Shown: piece after piece, positions 21,501-35,500 of the stretch
Layout: each line of letters opens with the position of its first letter
Numbering within the stretch: the stretch's first letter is position 1
Source of the DNA: Chrysomallon squamiferum
Taxonomy: Eukaryota > Animalia > Mollusca
Length of the DNA stretch: 64,000 nucleotides
Direction of reading: 5' to 3'
Assembly: GCA_012295275.1 (NCBI GenBank)
Contig: CM022679.1
Coordinates: 16,244,001-16,308,000 of the forward strand
Notes under the pieces: generated by a model
Seen by the model: the letters and a program-made list of their open reading frames with translations, nothing else
The model's database searches: none
Told to the model about the DNA's origin: nothing
Translations under genes and position numbers: made by a program

Positions 21501-24500
21501 TGTCATGACATTAAACAATTTATTTACAATGATCTGGAATGTTTGATTACAAATGAAACAACTTCATTTATTCATTTAACATACCAATTACAACAGTCTT
21601 ATAACAAAATTAAGAAATTTAAATATGTAACAATTTAAATGTTAAGTGTTATTGATATTGGTTAAACATTTTAGATATATATATATATATATACAAGTTT
21701 GTATTAGTTTAGAATGGATATTTTATTACTATGACAAATTAATTTCAGGTTTTCTGACCAGAAATCAGTGTTGCACATGGCTGTGATATTAACTGATCAG
21801 CTTGTCGAAGAAGAATGTAGCATGCTTTGATGTGATCCTGTAGTTTAATACATACACACACCAGTCATAGTGTCATATATAGGACAGATTTATGAGTATG
21901 AAAGTAAGGGACATATTAAAATCATATGACATATGAGACAGATACATGAATCTGGTAATGTGCGACATATATGAAGTGATACTGAATGAATGTATGAATT
22001 TAACAAGTTTGAGAAAACTTAACACTTGAAGCCAGACAAGCCGAGAAAGAGCATGCTTAAATTTTGTTCAAACTGGAATAACTAAATCTCCACAAAAATG
22101 ATAAACAAATGATAAAGATGAGACAGTTTAAATTATTATTATTTTAAGAAATATAGGTGATGTTCAGATTAAAAACAAAGCAGAGAAACTTCCAAGTTTT
22201 CAAAATGGAAATTAATGGTTATAATCTTACAGAAATCACACACTGTTTTGTGGTTCAATGTCTACTATTAGCCATCACAGTAGTTAATGAAAGCCTTGTG
22301 ATTTTTGTGCACAATCCCAGAGAGAGTTAAAAATAAGAAGCAAATAAGATTTCTGACACAATGCACAGATCCAAAGCGGGGATAAATTGAAACCTACATG
22401 GGGAAAAAAGAAAAACAAATATATCTTTAAAACTTACTTAGCATGGGGGCACCTGGATTATAAAGAGACTCAGATTATGTAAAATCAAATTTAAACTCAA
22501 CGTACTAAGATTACTGTTATCTATGACAAACAACAAGTAACCTTAAAGAATCCCTCCAACATATGTAATGTTCTCAGTAAATTTTACAAATAAACCATGC
22601 ATATAGAACACTTAGAAATATCTAAGTTTAAAAATACACAAACAATTTTACAACAGCAAATATTAAGATATTTAAGGAAAAGTTTGTTTTGAATTTCAAT
22701 TTAATAACAGAAAACAAAAACTGTCAAGAAAGGAATCCATCTGTCCAATCCACAAAATAATAAACATCATACTGGTTATTTTTAATACTTAAATGAACAA
22801 TTTTGAATTTTGAATTTTGATACGTCTATCAAGTTTGTTCAACCATATGTCATATGCTACTGTCTGTGCATTCCTGTTCATAATTTTAATGTTCCTGTGC
22901 AAGATTATTTTGTGTTTATTTTCTGCTATGGTAATAAAATAAAATCATGTAAAATGTTCTAAAAGTAATCCTCAAAACATAATACTTATAATAGTAGAAT
23001 ATAAAAATAAATAAAATATAAAAAGCATTTTCATAGAATGATATCATTTGTAACAATTTTTTTATTTGCTATATATATATAAACACTACAATCTGACATT
23101 ACAAACGTTTCGGGTTTACTTTTTCAATTAGGTTTCAGTTTTCATTTCTTTCTTATTTTAAAGACGGGTTCTAAACCTGTAATTTACCATATTATGACTC
23201 TGAGAAGTAAAATCCAAAATCAACAATATCATTTACAATATAAAAACAACCATCCTTTAAAAAAATTAAAGCACCATATTTATAACAAGTGAACAACTTT
23301 TCATTGAAAATATTAAAATGAAGACATCACTGAAACACATATAATAAATAGATTTTTAAAAGAAAAAAATGCATGTGTAACAACAATTTCAACTTACCTT
23401 GCTTCCAAAGCCAGCCTTCCTTCACAGGGTTAAAAAATGTATGCATCAAGTCATTGCCGTCATCTTCTGGAATTTTGAATGGCTCCTTTTTGATGCTTTC
23501 ATAGAGGCTCTGATAAAAAAATTATATATATATATATATATAAAGTATATTAAGATGTTTCCATCTTAAAACAGATTGTTAAATGTTTGTGAAATTTTTT
23601 TAATAAAGCATGTATTGAATATAATTGAATTGTTTTTTTTTGTTGTTTTTTTTTTTTTTTAAATACTGCAATACAGCAGTCAAATTTGAATGATTAAAAC
23701 ATATTTATATAACTTCCATGTATGTATACAGCTGAATTAGTTATTTTATGATTTTTTATGGTATATGATGTTCAGAATTATGTTCCTAAATGCTTATTTA
23801 TAAATTATAAATTAAAAACATAATTAAAAAAATGTTTGTCTGAAAAATATTTACAGTCAGCAAATCTTCTGGAAGATCAGCCCCATCATTGATGCCTTTG
23901 TTCATTGCAATGAATCTCTCAACAGTCGGTTTGTCCTTAACACTTGGGTTATGAAGACTTGTGTTCAGCATAATGATGGCAAAAGACAGAACATAGCAAG
24001 TATCTAAAATGTACAGAATAAAAAAATGTAAAAGAAATGGCCACTTATTTTAGAAGTAATATATTGTTTTATTAAGAGTTGTTTGTGTTTCTCCTGTTTT
24101 TGGCATTTTATTGAATGACAGAAACAGGTCATCAAAAACTATTTATTATGAAAAATCACTAAATTTTATGAATAAATTTAAATGAGATATAGAAATGGGA
24201 CATTTTATTCGAAATAAAAAATGATTGCTTGACTTATGCATAGATCTAGCACCAAATTAAAAAAAGTAACTTTCATTTGAAATAAGAAAGGACTGGTTTA
24301 GTTTTGTTTAGGTCTATCATCAAAACTTACTCTTCATGGCAGATAAAGGTAAGGAATGGCAGCTTGGCTTCAACAATTTTACCTGTGCTTGTGAAGACGC
24401 CTGGGTTCAATTCACAGTAGCGTGCAGCAAAGCACTCCATCATTCTGTCAATTTTCTGTGCCTCCCCTGGCAGCCGAAAGCTCCAGAGAAACTGTCTGTA

Positions 24501-27500
24501 AAGAGATATCATCTGTAGTGACTACTTCTCAACTTACATCTATAAATAGCACACTCCAAAACACAGTTTTAATTTATAGTGACATTTCATAAGCTTGGAA
24601 CCAGCGTCTGTGGCTCCACCAATACTCTGTTTCATTCTGTCAGTTAATAGAAATAAAGTTTCATAATATGGCTGATTACTGATGCTGATTAAATTCTAGG
24701 TCAAAAATAGTATTGCATACAAAGAAATTTGTTTCTGAAACTCAGGATTTAGAAAAAAAAGTTCTAAAATAAGTGTAGATGTTGATATTTCTTACATTAT
24801 TTATATTAAAAATATCAAATGCTTGCAAACCATTTATCGGAATTATGAAAAGAAAAAAGCCCTGTGTAAATGTCCAACTGTAATCATGAAACTTACCTAA
24901 GAGCCTGTACAAGAATCATGTCTGAGAATTCATGCAGATTCACAAATGCTTTAAGAACTGCAATGTTAAAGTCATTCCTGCAAAAAAAATTAAAATAATT
25001 TTTAATTTTTTTTTAAAAAGTAACTAAATAAATAAAAATAGTTTAAAAAAATAAATAAAGTGATTTGTATTGTTCTGATAAATAAAATAGCAAAGTATGA
25101 ATAATTTGAGAAACTTAATTTATAGGCAGAAATCAACTATAAAACCAAATTTTTGTTTAGCTTTGTAGTTTATATGGTACTGCACTGCAAGGTATGTTTT
25201 GGAACAGATTGTTATGAATACCAATGACAAAGAGTAGTAAAAATTTAATACATAAAAATACATTAAGCAAAGTTCCAGAACAAACATTTTAATAAATGTA
25301 ATAAACTGATGATTACCTATTATTGAAACTTATTTTGTTTGCACCTGTTGTTAAAACAATAACGTGCACATGATATATTAACTAAATGGATGTCATTTTA
25401 AATTTTTTATACAAAAAACAATGATTTAAGACAATAATCAGACAATAATTATAGCATATAATTACATGAATGCAAATAATTATTTAAGGGATTAATACTG
25501 ATGTTTTTTAGACTCATACAGATTGACAGGAAACAAGGTTTTGCTTAAAGTTTTTTAAAAATTGGAATAGTTTGGCAAAGATTAAATTCAGATCAACACA
25601 GATATTATGTAAGTGAGCTTCTTTTGGTTATCAGTCCTTAAATAACAAGCTGTGCTTTAAATCAAACCTTTTTTTTAGTTCCCTAATCTTTTTTCACCCA
25701 AAATAGATAGCTTCACATATATTCAAGCAAGTCTGATAAAACCTGAATCAAGTTTTGGTATTCAGAACTCATGTTTATCAACAAACCCACACAGTCTCTA
25801 AATAGCCTCTTGTAATTTGCTAACACCTGCAAACTGACCAATTCAAAACTTCAAAAATGTGCATGTGTAACATTTAAAATGATGTATTCAGTGAAGTTGT
25901 TAATCAGATGCTGGTTAACAGTTCATCCCTCATCCACAAACAAAGAGACACATAGTGACACACACTGATCTTGTTATATTCATTTCTTTCTCAACAACAA
26001 TCTTGTAACAGCTTATAAAAAATTTTTTTTTATGTAAACAAATTATGTTTTTGTTGGCGTGTGTTAAGAGATAGGATGTTATGACATTTCTGTCAGTTCT
26101 GTTTAGCTTTTACAAATATTGTTTTAATTATCAGATATTTTTAGTAAGGCTAAACAAACAGTAGATCCTTAGAAAAAAGATTTTAAAAAGATATTTGAAG
26201 ATTAGATCTGTTGAATATCAATATTTATTCATCAAACATCTAAGGGGGAATGTGAGGGGGAAATACTGGGTTGGAACAAAACTTTTTAGCATTTTTCAAT
26301 ATGGTGAATTTGAGCACACGATTTCATTTCAAGCATGACTAAAATATATGACTTGTATACTCTAAAAGGTGGAACAAAATGGCACTTGTGGTTGAATACA
26401 TTTATATACAAATACCAAAACACTGTCTTTACTGAATAAATTTATATACAAATATCAAAACACTGACTTTACTGAATAAATATATGAATGAGTACTCTTT
26501 ATGTGGTGTTTGGTTCATAAAATAAATTTAACATTAATCTGTTAATGTACATTTTTTTTTTTTTTTTACTACATTAAGAAAAGAGGATAAATGAATGCGT
26601 GGTTATCAACATTTCGGTAGATTAAAACATTTATTTTTTTAAAAAAGCTCTTTGATGTCAAAGATAAATGTATAAACAATTTAATAAACAGGTTTACAGT
26701 TTAAACCAAAATAGAGTATACATGGTAATGAAAAAATAGTTTTCAGGTATATCAATAAAATAGACAGTAATGCTACTTTAAATATTAAAGAACTATAAGA
26801 TGAATAATAATAATAATAACATTTTAAATATACACATACATACATAATTTCATTAGTAGTAATATTTTTTTATTTTTTTTTATTTTTTTTTTATTATTAT
26901 TATTTAAAAAAAAAAAAAAATTAAATCCATAAATAATTTTCTCATTTTATGAAAACTATGTATGTTATTTTGAAATTTCACAACAATAGTTATACAGGCT
27001 AAGTCACATCCAAGTCTTAACCTGGGTGTGACCCTGGAATGTGATAACTTTAATTGACTTCAGCTGTTTGAGACAATTTGTCACAAGAAGAATACTTATT
27101 TCAACAGTAATGCTTTCTTTCATCAGTAAGTGGAACTAATTTCAACTTTCATGAAAATGTCACTTTACCTGCTATGGCACTTAATCCTTTAATTACTTTA
27201 CTCAGAATAGTGTCCAATAAATCATATTAAATTGTCTGTGAAAAGATGTGTGTGAAATTGCATTTATAAAATAATAGCCACTTGAACATAATCATCTGGA
27301 TTTCAGTCTAATTATTCACAGATAAAAGACTTCATTGATTTTGTTAACTATGTAGACGCAGACATCATTTCTAAATGCTGGCCCTATAAGGTTATAATTA
27401 TAGTATTGTTCTGTGTAATAATTAATCTAAATAAATTCATTTTGTAAAATCTAAAGGTTGTGTAAGATTCTCAAAGTATTAACCATTTTTAGAAAATAAT

Positions 27501-29496
27501 TTATTTGTAACAGTATGTTACATACTGATTCTGTAAATGCTGAATAACTTGAGTTACAGAAAATAAACAAATGATAGTCGTCGTTCATCAGTTTTAGATT
27601 ACATTCAAAATGTAAACACATATTATGTGACATATGGGTAAATTAAAAGAATGATTATTCCAACAGTGACCATAAGGAATTAGAATAACATTATCATTCC
27701 TCTTAGCATTCTGACTTTTAGCTTTTGACTCAATTAAGAAGAAACAATTGTAACATAAAATAAATGAAATCTGTGAGCTATCAGTACTAGGCAGACCTCT
27801 AAAGGTGAGCACACTGATGTAAATTATGAGTATAGTTTACAATGAGAAATAAGCCAGTGTATCCACCAAAATAAACAATACTGCTTATTTTACATCCTAC
27901 TTCATGAGCTAGTGAAAATCGTGACCAAGCTGCTGCCTGTTTCCCTCCTTGCTTTTGCAAAATTATGAGGCAAAACATGCTGCTGATAGAGAAATATGTA
28001 AATAAATTATATTTCTTCTTCTTCACAACAATATAACACAGAAATATAGGTGAAACTAAAACTTCAGGTTAATATATATGTGTTTGTGTTATTATTTGCA
28101 ATAATATTTATAACTTTGATTAAAATCTTACTTTTCTCCCAGGTATTCACCAATGGCTGTTTTGTTGAGTCCTTCACCTTGAAACAGGAATTTGGCTACA
28201 TCTTCAGGCACATTTTGAAGGAGGCCATTCTCTATCAAGTATTCGATCCCCTAAAACAAATAACGGTCATATGTAATAAAACATTTAAAAATTTTTTTTA
28301 ATAATAATAAGAACTAATAACCAATAAAGAGAATTTCAAGATGTTTTAGAAATCTAACAAATGTTCTAAATATGTCTTCAATCTCTTTCAGTCAGATTCA
28401 AAGGAAACATGTTTTTCTAATCCCGTTTGTCTAACTTCCACTTTTTCCAACTATCTTCAAAAACAACCAATGGAAACAACAGTTTTATACTTTGCTATCA
28501 TCAGTTTTACTAAAATATAAAACTATAATCAACAAGCAGAGAAAGAAAGAAAGAAAAAAATACAATGCAAAAAATTCTGATACATATTCTATCATATTTA
28601 TTATTACTGCCAATTTGCTGTACATTATCACAGGCTTGAAGTTATGTTTACATCACAGGAACTGTAAATTTTCTCGGGCTCAGATTATTAAAAGCAGATG
28701 CTGACAGCCTATTATAGATCTGATTCATTATTCCATTTTCCATGAAGCTGATTAAGACCAAGCTTTGAAGGGTTTTTTTCCTGCAAGTCTTTTACAAATC
28801 AGTCTGTCCAGTGCTAAAGACTAATTATATTTTCAAAAAATATATTGTGTCTGGCATAGGTCTGAGTACTATTTATAAATATTTTTTAACAGCAAGTTGG
28901 GCTTAACTTTGCTCCTTCTAAACACATTGGCTGTTTCCAATCCAGGGAGATATTTCAGCACTGAGAATGTCTAGCACTTATTAATAAAACATACAACAAC
29001 TTTAAACCAGATATCACTATCAGATAAAACATTTATACCTTCTTGGGATCCATATTAAATTTCTTTTTCCCTGTGGAAATCTGTCTTTGCTTTGGGTCAG
29101 GCTTACTGCAAAACAAAAACAATTTAATAATATACATACAAACTAATATTCACACACATTGCTCTATATTTTAATAGTCCACTAAGCTTGCTATTAAATT
29201 TGTTGGAATAGATTTAACATTTTAAAAAGTCAGAGCATTCATTTAGTTCACATCTGTTAATGTTGATGCAAATAACAGATATTCTATAATGCAAGCATTT
29301 TAACCAAGATTACAGAGTTTTGTTCAAGACAGTGTTTGGTTGTTTGTTGTAAATATATCAGAGATTAGTTAGCTGTCAGAAAATGCCTCTTATTACCAAT
29401 TAACATTGTACAATTAACATATTAGTTTCTTTTCTTGTTTGTATTGTGTCGCAATATCTGGCCTTTTGATGTTTTGTTTTGTTTTTGGATTCAGTT

Positions 29497-29528
<32 letters not shown>

Positions 29529-32500
29529 CATCATCATCACTGTAACTAATTTCATAATTATCATAAGAATCCAAATATAGATATAGCTATAAAATTTAAA
29601 CTGTTGTTGCAAATATATATACTGTGATATTCTAACTACACAACAAAGCTTTAAAAAATGGTCTCACATATATATATAACTAATCTGTAATTAACCGTGC
29701 TTCTAAAACAAACTGGCACAAACAAGCCCATTAAAACTGGAGAACAAGCAAGCTACAACAATTACTGTGACATATAAGAGATATCATCAGGAAGTAACAA
29801 ACAAAAGGTCAATGATCACTGCTGTTCAAATGTTCTGTTTCCTTTTGCACTTTGCTATTTTCAGTCAGGATGTTGATGTTCTTGGTAAATTAAAAATAAA
29901 AACTATAACAAAGTCACTTAATCAAATAACAATAAATTAAATTTGAAGACAAAACTTCAGGAGAAATTAAGATAAACATGACAAATTAGAGTTAATTAGT
30001 AAAATCCAAAATTCAAAACCTCAAAACATCTGTTATGCAACTTTTAAATGGTAAAATGTTTCATTAGTTCTGTGTAATCTGGTACAGGATTTTACCAAAG
30101 TATCCCAAACCAAACATCAAAAGAAAGGTAATCTGTATTTTTACAATAATGTTCATAGTAACACAATTATCAAGAACGTGAACAAATAATTTGTTGATGC
30201 CAAATTTAGAAAACCTTTATGTTTCCCATCTCAATGTTATTTCCTTTTATTACAAAATTCCTAACCCATACACTCCAAGTCACCATTTGTCCATGATTGT
30301 GACCTACATGCAGATGTTTCAGAGTTAAGTTTCAAAGGAGATGTTAAACCCTGGTTGAGATAACAGAATCTAAATCTTGGCCAAGTGTCAAAAGGAAATT
30401 GTTCAATAAATGTGGATGCCAATATTAACTAGCTTTTATTATTTCTCACTGATGACTGAGCATCAGATATGGTTGTTTTTAATACATGAACCAGTTCGAA
30501 AGGTCTCAACTCAATCTCAACTCTAAATCTTATAATTATTTTAACACATGTTGTACACAGTACTGAAAACAGTGAATTCATTTAAATAAAATAAAGAAAC
30601 AAAATTGGTTATACAACAATTCCTATAGTATCAAAATAATTTTTGATAACATTTTTTATTTCATTTCATTTCCTTTTATTATATAAAAGTGAATAGCTGC
30701 ATTTGTTTTCCTTTGTATATTTTTTTCAGGTAGTTTAGGTTTGAAATTATTTTTAAAAATTGAAGATTAAAAGCTATTCAAATTAGTCTGTAACAAATTA
30801 TTCACTAGTAACATTAATTCAACAATTGTGATAAATACTAAATCTGATTTCTGTAATACAACCCCTTTGGTAACTATAACTTTAATATTAGAAGCAAAGA
30901 AAATTATAAAATGATACTGACTATTTTTTAAAAACAGCAAAAATGGTGAGATATAGTAAATATCTGACAACAAATGAACAGTTCTAAAATGATAAGCTAA
31001 TATTAGGATTTATGTCTTCTCTGAGCACAATCAGTCAGCTGTGCCTTATACAAAATGAAAACAAGTCACTACTGTTATGATATAGGTGTGTGCCTGGTTT
31101 GATTTTAGAGAATGTTGCTTTGTTCATGATTTCCTTCAGCCCACTTTCCTTACAAGACACAAACAGGCTCACAGAAAAGCTCATCCTGTTACACTATTAC
31201 TGTTTAGTGTCTTTGTGACCTGTTCTTATTGACGTCAGTGACTGTACAGAGTTTTTATGTACTGATGTGATTGAAGATTCAATAATTTATTTATCTCCAT
31301 ACTTTTCCCATCCTTAAATCAGTCAATCAATCAATCAATCAGTCAATCTCAATTTCTCTCTCTTCCCCCCTATTTTACCCAGCTGATATTAACTAAGGTT
31401 ATTTAGCAATATAATAATTACCTCATGATTACTTTAGATTGTCTTTCTAAAGAGCTTTGCCATTTTTACGGGCTATACTTTCTGAATTTCTAATACAATG
31501 GTTTCAAAATAATTATCTGAATAATCACAAAGAACTGTTCACAAATTCCTCTTGCAGATGAAGGAAAAGAAAAGAAAAAACTTTCACATATTCTTTTTAC
31601 ACTTCCACAGTTCTAATTTCATATTTATTTTTCAAAACATAAGAAAGGATATGCTTTCTAGGTGACATCTTTTTATTTTTATAGAGGTATATATCCAGAA
31701 ACAGCAGTAAAGTACATGAAATTAAATCTGAATTGTTGCAATGAGAGGTAGACAAACACAAGAAATTGCATTCTTCAAAGTTTGTGAAGTTACTGCAGGT
31801 GATGTAATAAACTCTGTATATCCTATTTTCTGGAACAAAGCTGCTGTCATGTTTGTTTTTTGTGTTGAAATACACATCTTGTCTAAAACTGAAACACTTC
31901 CACAGCTGAAAGTATTTATATGAATAAAAATAACTTTTAAACTGCTTTCTTCCTTTTTAAAATTAATAATATCTATGACGTAAATTTTCATATATCATAT
32001 TCTTGGTAGATAATTCCTTTCAAATTTAAATCACAAAGCACACTTATTTCTCTTAAATTCATTTCATTTTTTAATGGGCCTACATCCATCCTGAATGACC
32101 CACAGAGAAACTTTAGGTGAGACAGGCAGCTCACACAATCCGTCAACATAAGCTGGAAATCTGGCACCAAATGTACTTGGATGAATGAGAAACAGTGATG
32201 CATTCATGACACATGGAATAGTGATGATTCACAAATCAACTGCAAGACTAACAAGAAAGTAACTACACTTTCACATGTGTCTCTGCCTGGCCGTTCATCC
32301 ATACTACATCACAGAAAGCAGCACAATTAACACAGCACACACTGGCACCTACACTACAACAGTTCCTGCCACAACTCTGGAGCAATCTTTTCACTCATGT
32401 ATCCAAGGAAGGCAGGAAGAAGCACTGAATGAAAAAACTGCTGGAGTCACAATCTGGGAACCGAGAACAGGGACTGACTCAAGAATGTATATTTCAGTAA

Positions 32501-35500
32501 TTTGACATGTTGGAATTGCCACTGGCAAAAAACTTTTTTTATCAAGTTTATAGTCAGCATATGTACAGCATATTAACACACATTAACACACACAACACAG
32601 ATAATCAAAATATTAAGAATTCATTTTGCTGTTCTGGGCATTTGTATTTATTAAATTAACTCAGTTTGAAAATATATATATATTTAAAACCAAATGCTTA
32701 CACAGTCTTTTCTATGTAATGAGCATATGTACAGTGTGCATAGCATTTAATGTTTATAATCATATGCTTTGATGTTTACATGTTAATTTAATGGATTTTT
32801 TAAATCTGTATAGCATGAAATGCCCCACATATAAAATTGGGAAATATCATATTTAAAACCTGAAATTTCTCATCACTTACAAAATTTTGCTTACTGTTAA
32901 CTTCTGATAACTATATGCACTAAAACACTCAAAATATACTTTTTTCTCTTTCTCTTTCCCCCAAAAAATAAAGAAATAAAAGAAATAAATAAAAGTAACT
33001 TTACTCTCTAAGTACTGAAGATATAGTAGTTATACATATTTTGGTGACAAACAAATACTACTATCAGAAAACTGTTTTGAGATGGCCCCTCTACCAAGAT
33101 GATAGGCTGGCAGCTTCCAGTGAGAGAAAGAGAGATGGAACATGTGGTCAAAGTTTTAACTTTTTTAGACAACAATCTGCCAGTTTTTAAATCTGAGAAT
33201 AATCTTATTTACACTGGTAGGTGAATGTAGAGTGACCTAATTATACTAATGAATGTTAGAACATGGCACAGCTGACTAGTTCTGAATAAGTAAACTTCTC
33301 TTTAAAGAATTAGCTTTAGTTTTTGTTTTTTCATGTTTTTTATTTATTTTATTTTTCGTGCAGTCACAAACAGAATAATTTTAATATGTAATTAAGTTTT
33401 TTAATATATTAATTTGTTATCCTTTTTGTTGCTGTTGTTAACACCAATTAACAATAAATAATTTTTAAAATAATGGAATAAATAATATAAATAAATAAAT
33501 AAATACTAATGAAAAAAATTTCAAACTTTACTTAAATACATATTCAAACACAGTTCTGAAAGTTATGTTTATTATACCTAGTACAATCTGTTTACTGAGA
33601 TAAAATCAGCTGAACTGTTATGTGCAATAGATAATGCAGTAATCTTTTCTTCAGCATCTAACTTGTCAATTTATTATTATTTTTTTTAAATTATATATAT
33701 ATATAGATTATTAAATAATTATTATAATTATTTTACTTTAATATTTAATAGTTTTTTTTTTTTTTTTTTTTTTTTGCTAATTAGTAAATTACTAATTGTT
33801 TGTGAGGTGAGGTTAAAAAAAAAGAATCTGCTGTCATATAAAAACTGTTAGTCTATGATTGTTAGTAACAATTTACAATATATAGGACTATAAGTGTTAA
33901 AACAATACCTTTGTTCACCACTTACTTAAATATTTTTCATTTGAACTAACCAAAAAAGTCAACAAAACAAATGTAACTTTATACTGTACTTCTGATGATG
34001 TGAAAATAGCCTGTTTTGTACACTTCCGAGTGTATAAAAACCACAGAAAAAATACAGCTATTTTGATAATGATTTACTCAGCTTAAAAGGATTTTTTCAC
34101 ACTTCTAGTTGCAAAACCATATTGTGAAAGAGAAATATTTTTACTTCCTTCAAGCTTATTATTTTAATGTTTACATGTAGCAAAGAGTGGTTGAAATAAA
34201 TGAATAAAATAATAATTAAGATCAATATAAAACATTTTATACAGGTCATTTGTTAATAATACATACTTCATAAAAGTATGGCAAATGTGTGAATATTCCT
34301 TGGGTATGTTAAAATGTATTTAAGGCATATTTATATGTAAAAATATCAAAATAAATAACTCTCTTCAACAGATATTTTAAAATGTATTAACATTTTGTAT
34401 AAAATATTTATAATTTGAACAATGTGATTAATATCTTTATCATCTCACATTTTGATATCATCATTCATTTTTTCATGATCTTAATGACCATTAGATCATT
34501 AAAACAATAATTATTAAAATAATGCTAAATAAAACAGATAATAATTTTAAAAAATAAACTTTGGAGACAAAAAGATTCTTAAATGTTTTTTCTTTTTGGA
34601 ATTGTTACAAGCATTCAGTGATTTTAACAACAAATGAAACAGAGAACAACAACAAAATAATTCAGGAAACCTAAAAAGGAAAGAAGTCCACAAAATGCCA
34701 TTCACACACCTTCAGAAAAATCAGGTATCTGTGGGATATGAATATTTATTTTCACTTCCAGAAAGTCTGGTTTGATATCATTTAATCCTGATTAATTTGT
34801 TCTACATCAAAAGCTAATCATTAAATTACAGACACTGAATTTTACCGTGACACCAATAGCCCTCCACATTTGCCTTGGTGTACAAAATGTAGACCATCTC
34901 CATAGCACAGAAAAAAAAAGAAAAAAATAACTGTGCCCTTCTCATAAATCTCCCTGATTTACATGTTGGAATAAAAACTATTAAAAAGAATTCTGTCAAC
35001 AGAATGATTTTCAGCTACACAAGCTAGCATTGTGGGTGTGGCCATATTTACTTAATTGCATGATACTTCTTAAAATGAGGTCAGTATTATGTTAATTAGG
35101 TATCTCTATTGTCTTAACATTTAAATTAGAAATATAATTAAAATACTGAAAGAGGAATTTAACTGGGGACAAATGATTCAAATAAACTTAGTACTGATTA
35201 GTTATTGGCTATAATATTGCTACAGTCTGTATTGTCAATGACTTCCATGAAAACCTAATACAAAAATTAAGTTGCAAGGGGTTCTCTAAAATTTCTGATT
35301 AAATTCAAGGAAACACTTGCCAAGATCAGATTTACTGAAATTGTCAGATCTAATCATCAAAAAGTGTCATATTTTGCTTCAGCATAAAAGAAAAAGGGGA
35401 AAAAAACAACAACTAATAAATAAAGAAAAACAAATGCTATAAAAGAATAAAAAATAAAAATTAAGCCACTTACTTATCTTCTGCCAGATCAATTTCATCC

